64,000 bases of DNA, taken from a virus. Made by a program: the position numbers and the translations under genes. This document shows, piece after piece, positions 18,268 through 28,660 of this stretch; positions within the stretch are counted from its first letter, which is position 1; each line of letters begins with the position of its first letter. The stretch is from the UHGV virus genome UHGV-0018639. One strand, 5' to 3'. The notes under the pieces were generated by a model. That model ran no database searches and was not told where the DNA came from. It saw only the letters and a list, made by a program, of their open reading frames with translations.

Positions 18268-19728
18268 TTACTCACCCCTTACATGAGTTGTTATACGGCC
18301 ATATTCATCAATATCTGTTATTTCTTCAACCAGATGGTATGGGGTTCGGGAATATTTCTTCGCCAGAAATCCATCATCCTTTCTAATGCCACATACGATT
18401 ATCTTGTTGCCACGTGAGAAAGTGCTGCGACTGATAACGTGTTTCTTCCCATCAGGCCCTCTCTCCGAAATTTGCTTATCATAATTAGCAAATGCTTCGC
18501 CAAAAATTTTGACCTGAACAACGCCATCTTTTGTCAATAACGAAACAATTTTCTTTGCCTTATCCCTATCCAATACAGTTCCGCAAATACGATGTATTCT
18601 ATAAATCGGAACCGGCGCGCTATCACTATCCTTGCCGCGCGGTTTGAAGTAAGTCTCAACATCAGGCTGCTCTTTCAGTTTGAAGAAGTTTGAAAAGCCT
18701 TGCGCACGTTCATCAACATTTTGAAGTTCATGTTCGTGGAAATAACATGAAACGCTATCCATCTCCCACTTGCTTATTGAACCAAGACAATATTTATTCC
18801 AGATATCTCGCGTTAATCGCTCATTCACGGTATCTAGCAACTCATCATGATTTTCTTTTATCCACTTGCGGACATTATCCATATATTTCTTATAAATTTT
18901 GTCCCAAGCCGTGATGTTAATTTTGAAGCCACTTTCAGTTTCATTGCTTGCGCTCAAACAGTCAAGTGAAAAATTCTTATCAAGGAAATTCAATGCGATA
19001 TTATCTATGCCATAGAATGATGTGTCTAACTTCATTTTCTTGAGATACTTTGTGAAGTTATAAACACGACGCTCAAAATCAAGATTTTCGGGAATCAACC
19101 CAAAGTTTATCAACATTGCCATATTCTGAAGAGTGATACGTTTCTTTGTGTCGCTAATCAGGCTGACATATTCGCGCATTAAATCTACTCTATCACCAAA
19201 TGCATCAAAAGCTCCGCATTTTATGAGGTTTATCATTTGTGGCTTGTTGATTTTTACTTTGGAAAGAAAATCGGAGATTGAGTTATAGGGTCGATTTGCG
19301 ATTATGGATTTAACGATGTCTTCGCCGACTTTGACGATACCGCTCATACCATAACGAATTGTTGAATTTTCAACATCAGGAGAGAAAGTAAAAGTAGATT
19401 TGTTGATATCTGGAGGAGAAACCGAAATACCGGCCATTCGCATTTTACCGATTGCTGATGCAATTTTGCCATAGTTAGTCGTTTTGACTTTTTTCTTTTT
19501 CTTTTTTACATCAATTTTTTCTTCTTCGTCTTCATCTTCGTCGTCATCTTCGGTATCATCAACAAATTCTTCAATACAGTTGTTATAACTATATTCAATA
19601 ATATCTTCTGGCGTTTCGTCATCGTTCTCATCATTTGATTCATTGCCGCCGCTATCGCTAATCAAACACGCGCAATTCCAAAAAATTGTTGGAAAACGAT
19701 ATGCAAGATTCATTTCCTGCAAAGCCAC
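18268..19728 (-). CDS. DNA polymerase III alpha (DnaE-like), C-terminal portion (fingers/HhH/OB)
   Basis: GISVSPPDINKSTFTF matches the DnaE (V/I)LPPDIN.S..F motif. Long acidic linker. C-terminal OB-like region. Confidence 0.6.
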   Translation of the reverse strand: MALQEMNLAYRFPTIFWNCACLISDSGGNESNDENDDETPEDIIEYSYNNCIEEFVDDTEDDDEDEDEEEKIDVKKKKKKVKTTNYGKIASAIGKMRMAGISVSPPDINKSTFTFSPDVENSTIRYGMSGIVKVGEDIVKSIIANRPYNSISDFLSKVKINKPQMINLIKCGAFDAFGDRVDLMREYVSLISDTKKRITLQNMAMLINFGLIPENLDFERRVYNFTKYLKKMKLDTSFYGIDNIALNFLDKNFSLDCLSASNETESGFKINITAWDKIYKKYMDNVRKWIKENHDELLDTVNERLTRDIWNKYCLGSISKWEMDSVSCYFHEHELQNVDERAQGFSNFFKLKEQPDVETYFKPRGKDSDSAPVPIYRIHRICGTVLDRDKAKKIVSLLTKDGVVQVKIFGEAFANYDKQISERGPDGKKHVISRSTFSRGNKIIVCGIRKDDGFLAKKYSRTPYHLVEEITDIDEYGRITTHVRGE

Positions 19729-20855
19729 AAGCGAGTAGGAAAGAGTATGTGCTCGACAACTTACCGCACATAGTTTCTTATGCCAGATTTACTCTGTTGC
19801 GGTCTGGACTATACCATCAATTTCATTGTTTCCAATGAAAAAGTCCTTATTATAGTCTCTGAACGTTTTTCTTATCTCAATATATTTTCTATTCATACCA
19901 AAAGGCTTATTATAAACTAGAGCGATTAGTTTTAGGATATTGAACTGATTAGCGGTTTCAACTCTATATAAGCTATCTTCAGTTTTTCTTATATGTAAAT
20001 CTTCCATAAAGAAATTTTCTACTAAGATTTTTTCAATCCATTTGATAAATTCTTCAGATGCTGATACTATATAAAATTGAGCACCGCCATAAGAAGTTTT
20101 ACTGACACACCCATCACCGTCTATTATACCACGAATAATGTAAGGCAAATATCGCTTTTCTTGCTCATACAATTGCGGCGCCGGTATAATATATGTTTTA
20201 TTCTTTATTATACCATAACGGGCAGCCTCAGCTTGAAGACCCGGCCTATTTATCAATACCCTATATCGAGTTTGCTTTCCAGCTTGAGGATAGGCCTTAT
20301 AAGTTATTCCAATTCCTTTAGCTATAAAAGCAATAACATCTTCGTCCACCATATCCAACCCTAAGCCATCTCGATCGCTCAATAGATATCCATCCGTAAG
20401 CAGTAGCCCGATTAGATATGCATCGAACGGACTTTTGATTTCAGATAACGAATAGGTATATCCTCGACGATTATCTTGCGCTTGCCGTATAATTTCTTGA
20501 TATTCATCTGGATAATACTTTTTTACCTTGTCGGTTATAGACTTCTTTGTTTTATAACCATATCGACCCATTAGCTCTGAAACCGATGCCCCATTCTTAT
20601 ATTCTTCAACTAATTTTAGTTCATCTTCTTTTGATATTTTCTGATAACCCATAGTATATCCCTCCTAAGAATAAGTAGCCCTATTCAAATAGAAATACAC
20701 TAAAATAAGAAACTTCGCTGCGGATTATCCAATTCTAAATGATTTTACTATACCCTCTCTCTTTCTGAGAGGCCGCGATATTATTGCTAATATCGTTTAG
20801 TTATTTAGACTCTAAGGAAGTCCCCGCAATTTCAAGGATTTATACTCGTCTTGTA
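19729..20855 (-). mobile_element. intervening sequence in DnaE-like gene carrying a LAGLIDADG endonuclease (probable group I intron; boundaries approximate)
   Basis: Polymerase N- and C-terminal parts are contiguous ORFs on the same strand separated by ~1.1 kb. About 200 nt of structured non-coding flank lies at 20653-20855. Confidence 0.45.
19789..20652 (-). CDS. LAGLIDADG homing endonuclease (double-motif)
   Basis: Two LAGLIDADG motifs: LIGLLLTDGYL and IIRGIIDGDGCV. N-terminal HTH-like region. Confidence 0.8.
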   Translation of the reverse strand: MGYQKISKEDELKLVEEYKNGASVSELMGRYGYKTKKSITDKVKKYYPDEYQEIIRQAQDNRRGYTYSLSEIKSPFDAYLIGLLLTDGYLLSDRDGLGLDMVDEDVIAFIAKGIGITYKAYPQAGKQTRYRVLINRPGLQAEAARYGIIKNKTYIIPAPQLYEQEKRYLPYIIRGIIDGDGCVSKTSYGGAQFYIVSASEEFIKWIEKILVENFFMEDLHIRKTEDSLYRVETANQFNILKLIALVYNKPFGMNRKYIEIRKTFRDYNKDFFIGNNEIDGIVQTATE

Positions 20856-23360
20856 TTAGTCAAACGAGTACCCGCGCTGAACTCTGAACAAAACGTCCCA
20901 TACATAATGGGCAAAAGTCATATCACAACCTTTTTCTTTTGCATTTTCAAAATAGGCTTTTTCACATTCATCAAAGAGTTTGCCTTGTTTTTTTGCAATT
21001 GCCTTTCGACATTTATCTGCAAAAGTCAGATTATTCCCTCCGAGTCTTTCTTCCTGCAGAAGCTGCATCATTCCTTCTTGACTCTCACATATGCCACTCG
21101 TTATCGCATTATGTCCAATTAACCATTTTATATCTTCATTTTTTAATCCATATTGAATCATTTCGTCTCGCCATTCATTGATATTCAAACGATATCTTGC
21201 CCACATATCAAGTGGCTGCTCAGCTCCTTTTTCAGGAGCCATTAGACGAATTACTGAATTCAAAACAGCTAATTCACTAACGTTTTTAGGATGAGTTAGC
21301 GCTATGCCAGAAATGCCGCTCGGTTGTTCCATTTGAAACAAACTGGATATCTTATGATTCCAAACCATTTCCCACATTTCTGGTGCAGTTCGTTCAAGAT
21401 TATATATGCCAATTACACTTTCATAAGTTTCACGTAATGTTGGCTTTCGCTCTATATAACCATAATCACATAACAAATCTAGCTCATTGTGTATTTTATC
21501 AAGAGCTTCAATTGACAACATATCAATTTTGATCAGCGATGCGTCCTCCGCATCATGGAGTTCAAAAGCCGTAATGACCGTGCCATCAGGCGCGCGTGTT
21601 AGCGCTGTCGATTCCGTAAAAGGCTCGTCAACGAAGATCACTCCACCGGCGTGGACGCCAATGCCACAAATTAACCCCTCAATTTTTGAAGCAACTTCCC
21701 AAACATCACTGTAGGTTTTCATTGCTTCAACAAATTGCTTTACTGGCTTAAAACCTTTATCTTCATCACCCTCTATACATTGGGTAAGTGAGCGAAGTTG
21801 CCCGCGATCAGCTGGAATCAGAGATGCCAAATAGGATGCTACATCAACATCAATTCCCAAGCCACGGCAGGCCGTTAGAATTGCTGATTTAGATTTTTCT
21901 GTTTTGAATGTAATAACATTCGCAACTCTGTCTTCCCCATAAAACTCACGGAATTTCTGTAAAACTTGTGCACGACGTCCGCCTTCAATATCAGTATCAA
22001 CGTCCAATACCGACGCACGTTCGGGATTAAGAAAACGCCAATGAAATACTTGAGTTTCTTCTTGAATTGGATTTATCTGTGTTATATCTAATGCATATAA
22101 CAAAATAAATCCTGCACCTGAACCACGCCCCGGCCCAACAAGAGAACCAGCTTCCCAACATAAATCAATATTTTTCTGCAGATTCAGAAAATAAGTCGAC
22201 CAATGCGTGTGATTTGTTATCGACGAACGCCATGTATCATCAAGACAAATATTTATCTCATCATACGCTCGTTTGTTCTGCAAACCCGGCTTCCGTTGGA
22301 TGCCGTCAATAATCGCCCAAACCAGTTTTCTATCACCCCAATAATCAGAGTTATAGAAAGTTTCTAAATAAGGAATTTCATGTTTGAGAATATCATATGC
22401 TGCCTCATCTTCAGGAAATGTTTTCCAATAAAGTTCTGGAATTTTTAAGGGGCGCATTAGTGAAAAATCTTCACACATTTCACCTATCTTGAGAATATTA
22501 TAATATGCAACTTGAAGTTGTTCTTCGGTGAAATAATCGAAATACTCTTCTATTTCTTTCGTATTCATAAGATACGTAGTAGCATAGAAATCATCTACTT
22601 CTCGTTCACCATTCTGTGCATTGAGATATGCCTTATGAATCGCGCGATCTTCTTTTTTGAGATAATGGCTATCAGTTGTTATAACATAAGAAATGTCGTA
22701 TTTAGCTGATAATTCAAGCAACTTTTTATTTACATAAATTTGTTCTTTGTTATGACTTGGTTGCATTTCAAAAAAGAAATTACCGTGCCCAAAAAGTTTA
22801 TCCAAAGATAAAATCCAATTTTCAATTTTGCTATTGAGCGAGCTATCATTTCGTGCTTTGAGAAGCTGAGTAGGAAGACAGCCACCGAGGCAAGCTGTCA
22901 TTCCCACAATGTGTCCCGGATTAGCCCCTACGATTTCAAACAAATCACTATAATAAGTTGGCATACGACGCATACCACGCGCCATATAACTACGTAATCC
23001 TGCACGAGTAGATAATTCTCTAATTTGTTTATGCCCAATCGCGTCTTTTGCTAACAAAATAAAGTGATAATATTTATCTTGTCCTGTAATAAAATTCGAT
23101 GCATTTAACCCATTTCGACAAAGATAAATTTCATTTCCTTGAATAAATTTGAAATCAGGGTATTTTTCTTTTACTTTTTTATAATACTTTTCTGCCTTAA
23201 TCGCGCCAGATATTGACTCATGGTCTGTAAGAGCGACGACTTTATGACCCAACTCGATGGCGCGATCAATTAGGTCTGAGACTTTTATTATACAGTCTCG
23301 AAGCCTTTCATTAGAATAATCCGAGTGGTTATGTAATGACCCCGGATACGGAATATTCAA
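20856..23360 (-). CDS. DNA polymerase III alpha (DnaE-like), N-terminal portion (PHP and polymerase core)
   Basis: PHP domain start NIPYPGSLHNHSDYSNERL...ALTDHESISG. 834 aa. Consensus promoter upstream at 23393-23421. Confidence 0.8.
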   Translation of the reverse strand: MNIPYPGSLHNHSDYSNERLRDCIIKVSDLIDRAIELGHKVVALTDHESISGAIKAEKYYKKVKEKYPDFKFIQGNEIYLCRNGLNASNFITGQDKYYHFILLAKDAIGHKQIRELSTRAGLRSYMARGMRRMPTYYSDLFEIVGANPGHIVGMTACLGGCLPTQLLKARNDSSLNSKIENWILSLDKLFGHGNFFFEMQPSHNKEQIYVNKKLLELSAKYDISYVITTDSHYLKKEDRAIHKAYLNAQNGEREVDDFYATTYLMNTKEIEEYFDYFTEEQLQVAYYNILKIGEMCEDFSLMRPLKIPELYWKTFPEDEAAYDILKHEIPYLETFYNSDYWGDRKLVWAIIDGIQRKPGLQNKRAYDEINICLDDTWRSSITNHTHWSTYFLNLQKNIDLCWEAGSLVGPGRGSGAGFILLYALDITQINPIQEETQVFHWRFLNPERASVLDVDTDIEGGRRAQVLQKFREFYGEDRVANVITFKTEKSKSAILTACRGLGIDVDVASYLASLIPADRGQLRSLTQCIEGDEDKGFKPVKQFVEAMKTYSDVWEVASKIEGLICGIGVHAGGVIFVDEPFTESTALTRAPDGTVITAFELHDAEDASLIKIDMLSIEALDKIHNELDLLCDYGYIERKPTLRETYESVIGIYNLERTAPEMWEMVWNHKISSLFQMEQPSGISGIALTHPKNVSELAVLNSVIRLMAPEKGAEQPLDMWARYRLNINEWRDEMIQYGLKNEDIKWLIGHNAITSGICESQEGMMQLLQEERLGGNNLTFADKCRKAIAKKQGKLFDECEKAYFENAKEKGCDMTFAHYVWDVLFRVQRGYSFD

Positions 23361-23423
23361 CTTATCACCCCTTTCCTTTATTTTCTAATATAATTATACC
23401 AAAAAATTCCCCAAAAGTCAAAC

Positions 23424-23918
23424 TCAAAAACTCCACTCCGCGTTTTCAACTTCAACGTCTACGATTTGCAATTGTGGGGTATAATTTCCAAGCCATTCGT
23501 TGACATTCGGCTTGCCCACAATCGTTAAACACATTTCAGGCCATTTGTGAAGTTTTTCAATCAAATCTTTCGCACGGAACTTTATGTAAGTAATTCCATT
23601 CTTTTCAATTCGTATCGTGTCTTGACTCTTACCAATTATCTTTACATCCGCAGGTCTTATGTAAAGGTTTGTTATCGCCATAAGACTTTGAGGATTGTTC
23701 TGACCCCAAACTCTCTCATATCGCGCGAGGTCGAATATGATGTTGGATATATCATTGTCGCTTGCTTTGCGGACAAAATCGACGTCGTAATTATTATCGC
23801 CAAAATCGTAAGCCACGAGTTGAGTGTTAGATAAGGCAAGAAGTTCATTATAGCTATTAGCTGGAATGGCAAACCCAGCTGCATTAGCGTGCGTGTAATC
23901 CCTTGTTTCCAAGGGCAC
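23424..23918 (-). CDS. RecJ-like DHH nuclease, exon 2 (DHHA1 C-terminal part)
   Basis: THANAAGF matches the DHHA1 GGGHxxAAG motif. The listed start is GTG inside the probable intron 3' end. Confidence 0.5.
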   Translation of the reverse strand: MPLETRDYTHANAAGFAIPANSYNELLALSNTQLVAYDFGDNNYDVDFVRKASDNDISNIIFDLARYERVWGQNNPQSLMAITNLYIRPADVKIIGKSQDTIRIEKNGITYIKFRAKDLIEKLHKWPEMCLTIVGKPNVNEWLGNYTPQLQIVDVEVENAEWSF

Positions 23919-24132
23919 TGACTATTTCTTACATATGTAAAACATATGAATACCCATTTCGGGCGGCGTACCAATAGCCGTCCTACTTCTCCGATTCGAG
24001 AATAGTCGATACAGGTTCCTTGTCGTATGACAAGTCTTCCCACGAGATTAGCATATCTTTCGACTTAGCTTTCCTCGTTAGCCGCGAATGCGACCCCACT
24101 GGTAAGTGGAAAAGGTATAACGGGCCAATTCC
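23919..24132 (-). mobile_element. ORF-less group I intron-like insertion in RecJ-like gene
   Basis: 214-nt non-coding insert. It shares sequence blocks with the nrdD intron flanks: gcactgactatttctt, cgattcgagaatagtcgatac, cgttagccgcgaatgcgacc. Confidence 0.55.
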
Positions 24133-25383
24133 TCAACCCTGTACGTAATCAAATAAACTAGTATCTAACAAATAATCCTTGAACGACGTAAGCGCGCTCT
24201 GTGAAAGACCTCTAATACTTCCCTTTATCATTCCATCGGGGCCTTCGCGGCCTATCATTGTAGGCTTATGATACCGCGCGCTAAGCTGTGTTGCAATCAA
24301 ACCATTCAACTCAGGCGGGAAGTTATCATCGTCATCAAGTTTTACAAATAAAATTTTGTTTTCAAGTAAATCATACTTATGTATCTTATACTCAAGTTGC
24401 TCAGTTGCTTTTTCTTTTGCTTTATCTTGGTGCGACTTCGCGTTCGTACATTCGCGTGCACTTTCGATTGCAAGCTTTTCAAGAGTCCCCTTCGCACCAC
24501 GCTTGCCGCTAGGCACAAGTTCCTCACCAGCAACAACTGCACGATAGAGACGTTTTTTCTCATCTTGTGAACCTACACGTATCATTGCGTTGATAAGCGG
24601 CGTTATGTAAAATGCGACAGTTGTTGGATTGACCTCGCCGCCCATTGAGTAGGACTGCTTTTCAACAAGAGTTTTGAGGAAAAAGTTTCGTATGTTGGCA
24701 CAACCTTGCTGGACAATGAACTGATTTTCGTATGATAGCATACTTACCATATCACTTATAATACCCAACGCCGCTAAGTCAATATATTCCCAAGCCCAAT
24801 TATGGCCAAACGCATCATCAAGCGCACGGCAGAACTGCCACACGACACCAGCGCCGCACAGGTCTTTGTTCTGATAAGCGGGGCTTGTCTGATTGTTTAT
24901 TAGAATCATATTAGGCGGAATTTCGCTTGTGGGTTCTAATTCGTGGTGGTCGATGCAGAGCACGGGACAGTCTAACTGTTTGATATACTCACCATCGTTA
25001 GTTCCCGCGTCCGGGACTATGACACCGCTCCAACTATGTTCAAGCAACTTATCCATCACATCACTACAACCGTGCTGTTTGCCGCTGTGTATTATCTGTA
25101 TAATATGCTTTACGGGATTGAGTCGCTTTATGTATTGATAAATAATGCCGCTTGACGTCAAGCCGTCCGCATCACAATCACAAATTAGCCCCAGTGGATT
25201 TTCATCATTCAAGTTTTGTCTGATAAAATCAATACCTTCATCTATATTATCCAGCGCGCGGTAACTCTGTAAGCACGACTCATCAGGATTCAAGAACAGA
25301 TCAACGTCTTCAATTCCTCTCAATCGTAAAATTTGTTCTCCATAGTTTTCATATATTCCATCGTTTGTCAATTTATATTTCAC
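24133..25383 (-). CDS. RecJ-like DHH-family phosphoesterase/exonuclease, exon 1
   Basis: DHH motifs LICDCDADGLTS and VLCIDHHE. Confidence 0.7.
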   Translation of the reverse strand: MKYKLTNDGIYENYGEQILRLRGIEDVDLFLNPDESCLQSYRALDNIDEGIDFIRQNLNDENPLGLICDCDADGLTSSGIIYQYIKRLNPVKHIIQIIHSGKQHGCSDVMDKLLEHSWSGVIVPDAGTNDGEYIKQLDCPVLCIDHHELEPTSEIPPNMILINNQTSPAYQNKDLCGAGVVWQFCRALDDAFGHNWAWEYIDLAALGIISDMVSMLSYENQFIVQQGCANIRNFFLKTLVEKQSYSMGGEVNPTTVAFYITPLINAMIRVGSQDEKKRLYRAVVAGEELVPSGKRGAKGTLEKLAIESARECTNAKSHQDKAKEKATEQLEYKIHKYDLLENKILFVKLDDDDNFPPELNGLIATQLSARYHKPTMIGREGPDGMIKGSIRGLSQSALTSFKDYLLDTSLFDYVQG

Positions 25384-26426
25384 TGCACTTTTACCCTCCT
25401 GCGTAGCAGTTCTCGGAAAATTTCTTCGCCCCTATCGGTAGGGCTGTCTTTTGGCTCTGTCAATCTATCTCTATCATAAATAAAGGAAAAATTGGTTAGT
25501 TTACTATATTTTTTACACATTGCATAGAGTTTATTAAAGTAAACATCTTCGCCGGGTTTTTCTTCGTTGTCAAAGCAAAGAACAACTTCATCAGGACGCC
25601 CAACTTTGATAATTTCGCGCATGGCCCACTTGTTTAGATGAGAGCCGCACACAGCAACAGAGCAGTTATTCATATTAAACCCCTCTTGCTGAAGCACTGA
25701 CTTCTCTCCCTCAAAAATATAGCAGATATGACTCCGCTTTATCTTTTGTTTATTTTGATAAAGTCCATATGGGTTCAGCGAAAGTGGATGACTATACCAA
25801 ATTCCTTCAACTTGAACTGGCATATACTTACCTACATTCTCAACTTCCCATTGATTGAGCGCACGTCCTCTTATTCCAACGAGTTCGCCCTTTATATTAT
25901 AATGAGGAATTATAATTTTGTTTTGGCTTATTGAATAGCGAATGTCAAACTTATCCATTGCCTCTTTTGTAATTCCATCGTTCAACCATTCAGGTGAATA
26001 AAACTTTGTGAATACATCAAGGACGTGCTTATCATAGACTTTCAATTCTTTCGGCTTTTGCGGCTTGTATTTATCTCGTTCACTGACATATGGTTCTACC
26101 AAAGACGAACGCTCAGCTATTGAGTAAGTAGAACAATTTATTGCAGGAAGTAAAATATCATTATGCCAATCATACAAAATGTTTCTTGTATCATAGTAAT
26201 GCTTCAAAAAACTAAAAATTGACATATTGCCGCACTCACTATAACAAACAAATAGATGAGTGTCAAAGTAATAATACAATTTTGGGCTTCCTTCGTGCGC
26301 ATTATGACAAATTGTTGTGCAGACTAAACAATTGTCCTTTCTTTGAACATCGCCGCTAAGTTGTCGGAGTAGATTTTCTACTCCATCTGGCGTTAGTCCT
26401 TTTACAATACCTTCATAGTCAATCAA
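25380..26426 (-). CDS. DNA primase (zinc-finger plus TOPRIM, DnaG-like)
   Basis: Zn finger CLVCTTICH...CYSECG. TOPRIM acidic motifs YIFEGEKSVL and LCFDNEE. Confidence 0.7.
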   Translation of the reverse strand: MIDYEGIVKGLTPDGVENLLRQLSGDVQRKDNCLVCTTICHNAHEGSPKLYYYFDTHLFVCYSECGNMSIFSFLKHYYDTRNILYDWHNDILLPAINCSTYSIAERSSLVEPYVSERDKYKPQKPKELKVYDKHVLDVFTKFYSPEWLNDGITKEAMDKFDIRYSISQNKIIIPHYNIKGELVGIRGRALNQWEVENVGKYMPVQVEGIWYSHPLSLNPYGLYQNKQKIKRSHICYIFEGEKSVLQQEGFNMNNCSVAVCGSHLNKWAMREIIKVGRPDEVVLCFDNEEKPGEDVYFNKLYAMCKKYSKLTNFSFIYDRDRLTEPKDSPTDRGEEIFRELLRRRVKVQ

Positions 26427-27978
26427 TCTTATTCAACCTTTCTATCAATTCACTTATTTCGTTCGATTCACTATCATCCCAATTATAGACTTCAATATCA
26501 TTTACGACAAAATCATCAAGCGGTTCCAGCAAAGAATTTGTGATAAACAAATCTTTCTTTTTCAAACGCCCCAAATCAACATATGACCAAATACGTGTTT
26601 GCGTCCATCGGCCACTTCTTAACTTATATACGTCCGCAACTTGGTTTGGCGTTCCATACATACTAATGAAATTGTCTTTTAGAATTAGTAGCTCATCATT
26701 TGTTGGACGCGACATAATCAAACCATTATCTGCTTTATTGATAATCGCACGGCTGCCCGCGAGAGAAGATTCGTTTCTTATATCTTTATTATCATCAGCT
26801 TTCGCATTTACTTGTGTCGAAGTAAAAACCGCAACATTCAATTCAACAGCTAAATTTTTTAGTGCGGTTGTCATAAATAAAAGTAATTCATCATTTCGAA
26901 GTGCTGTCCCTTTGAATTCATTTACCAACGAAGGACTTATAAAGATATAGTCATAAAACACAACATCGACTTCGTTTATAATACACTGGTCGCGCACAAC
27001 TGCATTTATGAGTTCAATCGTCGGCTCAGGCATACGTATGACAATGAAATTCTTTTCGTATTGTTTCATTACTTCAAGAGCTTGCTTGATAATGCGCCGT
27101 TCTGCCTCATCAAAGTTTGCATATCGGAACCTGTCTTCGTTAATATCGGTAAGATAGGCTAAAACCATTTTCTGAATTTCTTTTTTCTGCTGCTCAGTTA
27201 TGATGAACAAAATTCTTTGCGTATTTCCGCACTGAATCCATTTGCCATTTTCTGTGTTATAACGAACAGGATAGGCAAGATAACAAGCATCCATTACTGC
27301 AGTACGCGTCTTGCCAAGGCCGCTACCCGCAGAACGGACTGTCAAAGTCCCTTTTAACGCGCCATTCATTATTTCATTACAAATCGCCCCCTGTATCGGA
27401 TAGCCAATTTCTTCTGTTGAGCCAAAACTTTCGACCAGTTCTTCAATACCATCAGCGAGACTTTCAATTTCAACTTCTTCACCAGCCGCATATTCACTTT
27501 CCAAATGAATAAGTTGTTTTTTCAACCCCTTAATAATATCTTGCGGCGTCAGTTCCTTGAACCGCTCATTTATCTCAGTCGCGCGTGGAGCCGTTAAATC
27601 TTTTTCATAGAATGATTTGACACTATACCCTTGCTTTTCAAGGTCAGTCATTAGATTGAACTTTTTGAGCTGATTATAATAAAACCCAAAGTTCTCTACG
27701 TCGGCCAGCTCAATCAAGTCCTGAACTCGTTCGAGTCCATTCGCCTGTTCAAACAAAGACTTTGACATTGGATCTTGCCCAAAAACACCTTCAATATCTA
27801 TTGGCCTTATCTTAGGAGCACCGCCTGTGTATAACATATAAATGGCTTTGAAGACACGCCTATCAAACTTATCCTCAAAGTCGAGTGGCGTCAGTGAATA
27901 TTTGTCCGTTTCATTCAACAGTTTGGGCTGAAGTATCAAACCGCCAAGAACTTGATTTATAGAAGTGCGGTCAGTCAA
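26419..27978 (-). CDS. replicative DNA helicase (DnaB-like, SF4)
   Basis: DnaB N-terminal domain. Walker A SAGSGLGKT. RecA-like core. Confidence 0.7.
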   Translation of the reverse strand: MTDRTSINQVLGGLILQPKLLNETDKYSLTPLDFEDKFDRRVFKAIYMLYTGGAPKIRPIDIEGVFGQDPMSKSLFEQANGLERVQDLIELADVENFGFYYNQLKKFNLMTDLEKQGYSVKSFYEKDLTAPRATEINERFKELTPQDIIKGLKKQLIHLESEYAAGEEVEIESLADGIEELVESFGSTEEIGYPIQGAICNEIMNGALKGTLTVRSAGSGLGKTRTAVMDACYLAYPVRYNTENGKWIQCGNTQRILFIITEQQKKEIQKMVLAYLTDINEDRFRYANFDEAERRIIKQALEVMKQYEKNFIVIRMPEPTIELINAVVRDQCIINEVDVVFYDYIFISPSLVNEFKGTALRNDELLLFMTTALKNLAVELNVAVFTSTQVNAKADDNKDIRNESSLAGSRAIINKADNGLIMSRPTNDELLILKDNFISMYGTPNQVADVYKLRSGRWTQTRIWSYVDLGRLKKKDLFITNSLLEPLDDFVVNDIEVYNWDDSESNEISELIERLNKID

Positions 27979-28550
27979 TCTTCATCATCCTCCATTGAAT
28001 AAGTCTTGCGGTTGTTCTTCTTTTTCGGAGCGGACTGCCGCACAATCTGTTTCTGCATTTCAGCTTGCTTCTTTGCCTGCTCTTCAATTCGCTTTATGAT
28101 ATCACTATCGCGCTGGTTCTGTTGCTTCCAATATTCGCGTGAATCATCATAAACATAATCTACGATTCCAATCGCACCATTAGAACGTTCAATTGAGTTT
28201 TTCTTTACGTCGTAAAAATAAACCAGCGCAAAATAAATACCTTTTGGAGTGCGTTTCTTTTTGAGATTCGATTGCCACTGCTTGTCAAACAACGGATAAT
28301 TGACAGCTATCTTCAAATGATTTTTCAAAAAGTAATATGTGCTATTCTTCCATTCTTCATCTGAAGCTGTATCTGTAATTTTCTTGCCTTTTCTCAGCTC
28401 CATTGCTTTTGGATAACATTCGGTGTGATAAAACCACTTTGTCGGACTTTCAATCCACGTGTCTTCTGGCACGACATTTCTGTCAAACTTTTCGTGGCAA
28501 TAGCGGCACTCGACTTCTCTCTTTGGATATTTTAACTGTGTTTTTGCCAC
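27975..28550 (-). CDS. hypothetical zinc-binding protein (possible helicase accessory/loader)
   Basis: CRYCH...HTECYP. Translationally coupled to the helicase gene. Consensus promoter at 28576-28604. Confidence 0.35.
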   Translation of the reverse strand: MAKTQLKYPKREVECRYCHEKFDRNVVPEDTWIESPTKWFYHTECYPKAMELRKGKKITDTASDEEWKNSTYYFLKNHLKIAVNYPLFDKQWQSNLKKKRTPKGIYFALVYFYDVKKNSIERSNGAIGIVDYVYDDSREYWKQQNQRDSDIIKRIEEQAKKQAEMQKQIVRQSAPKKKNNRKTYSMEDDED

Positions 28551-28575
28551 TTTCTCACTCCTTTCATATATAAAT

Positions 28576-28604
28576 ATTATATCACAATTTTTTTAAAAAG
28601 TCAA
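28576..28604 (-). promoter_or_regulatory. sigma70-like promoter (conserved phage motif)
   Basis: On the minus strand: TTGACT-17 nt-TATAAT preceded by AAATT. Confidence 0.55.
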
Positions 28605-28660
28605 ATTAGAAAAAGGCGACTACAATATAAAGTAGTCGCCCGTGAGCAGTTATACAATAT

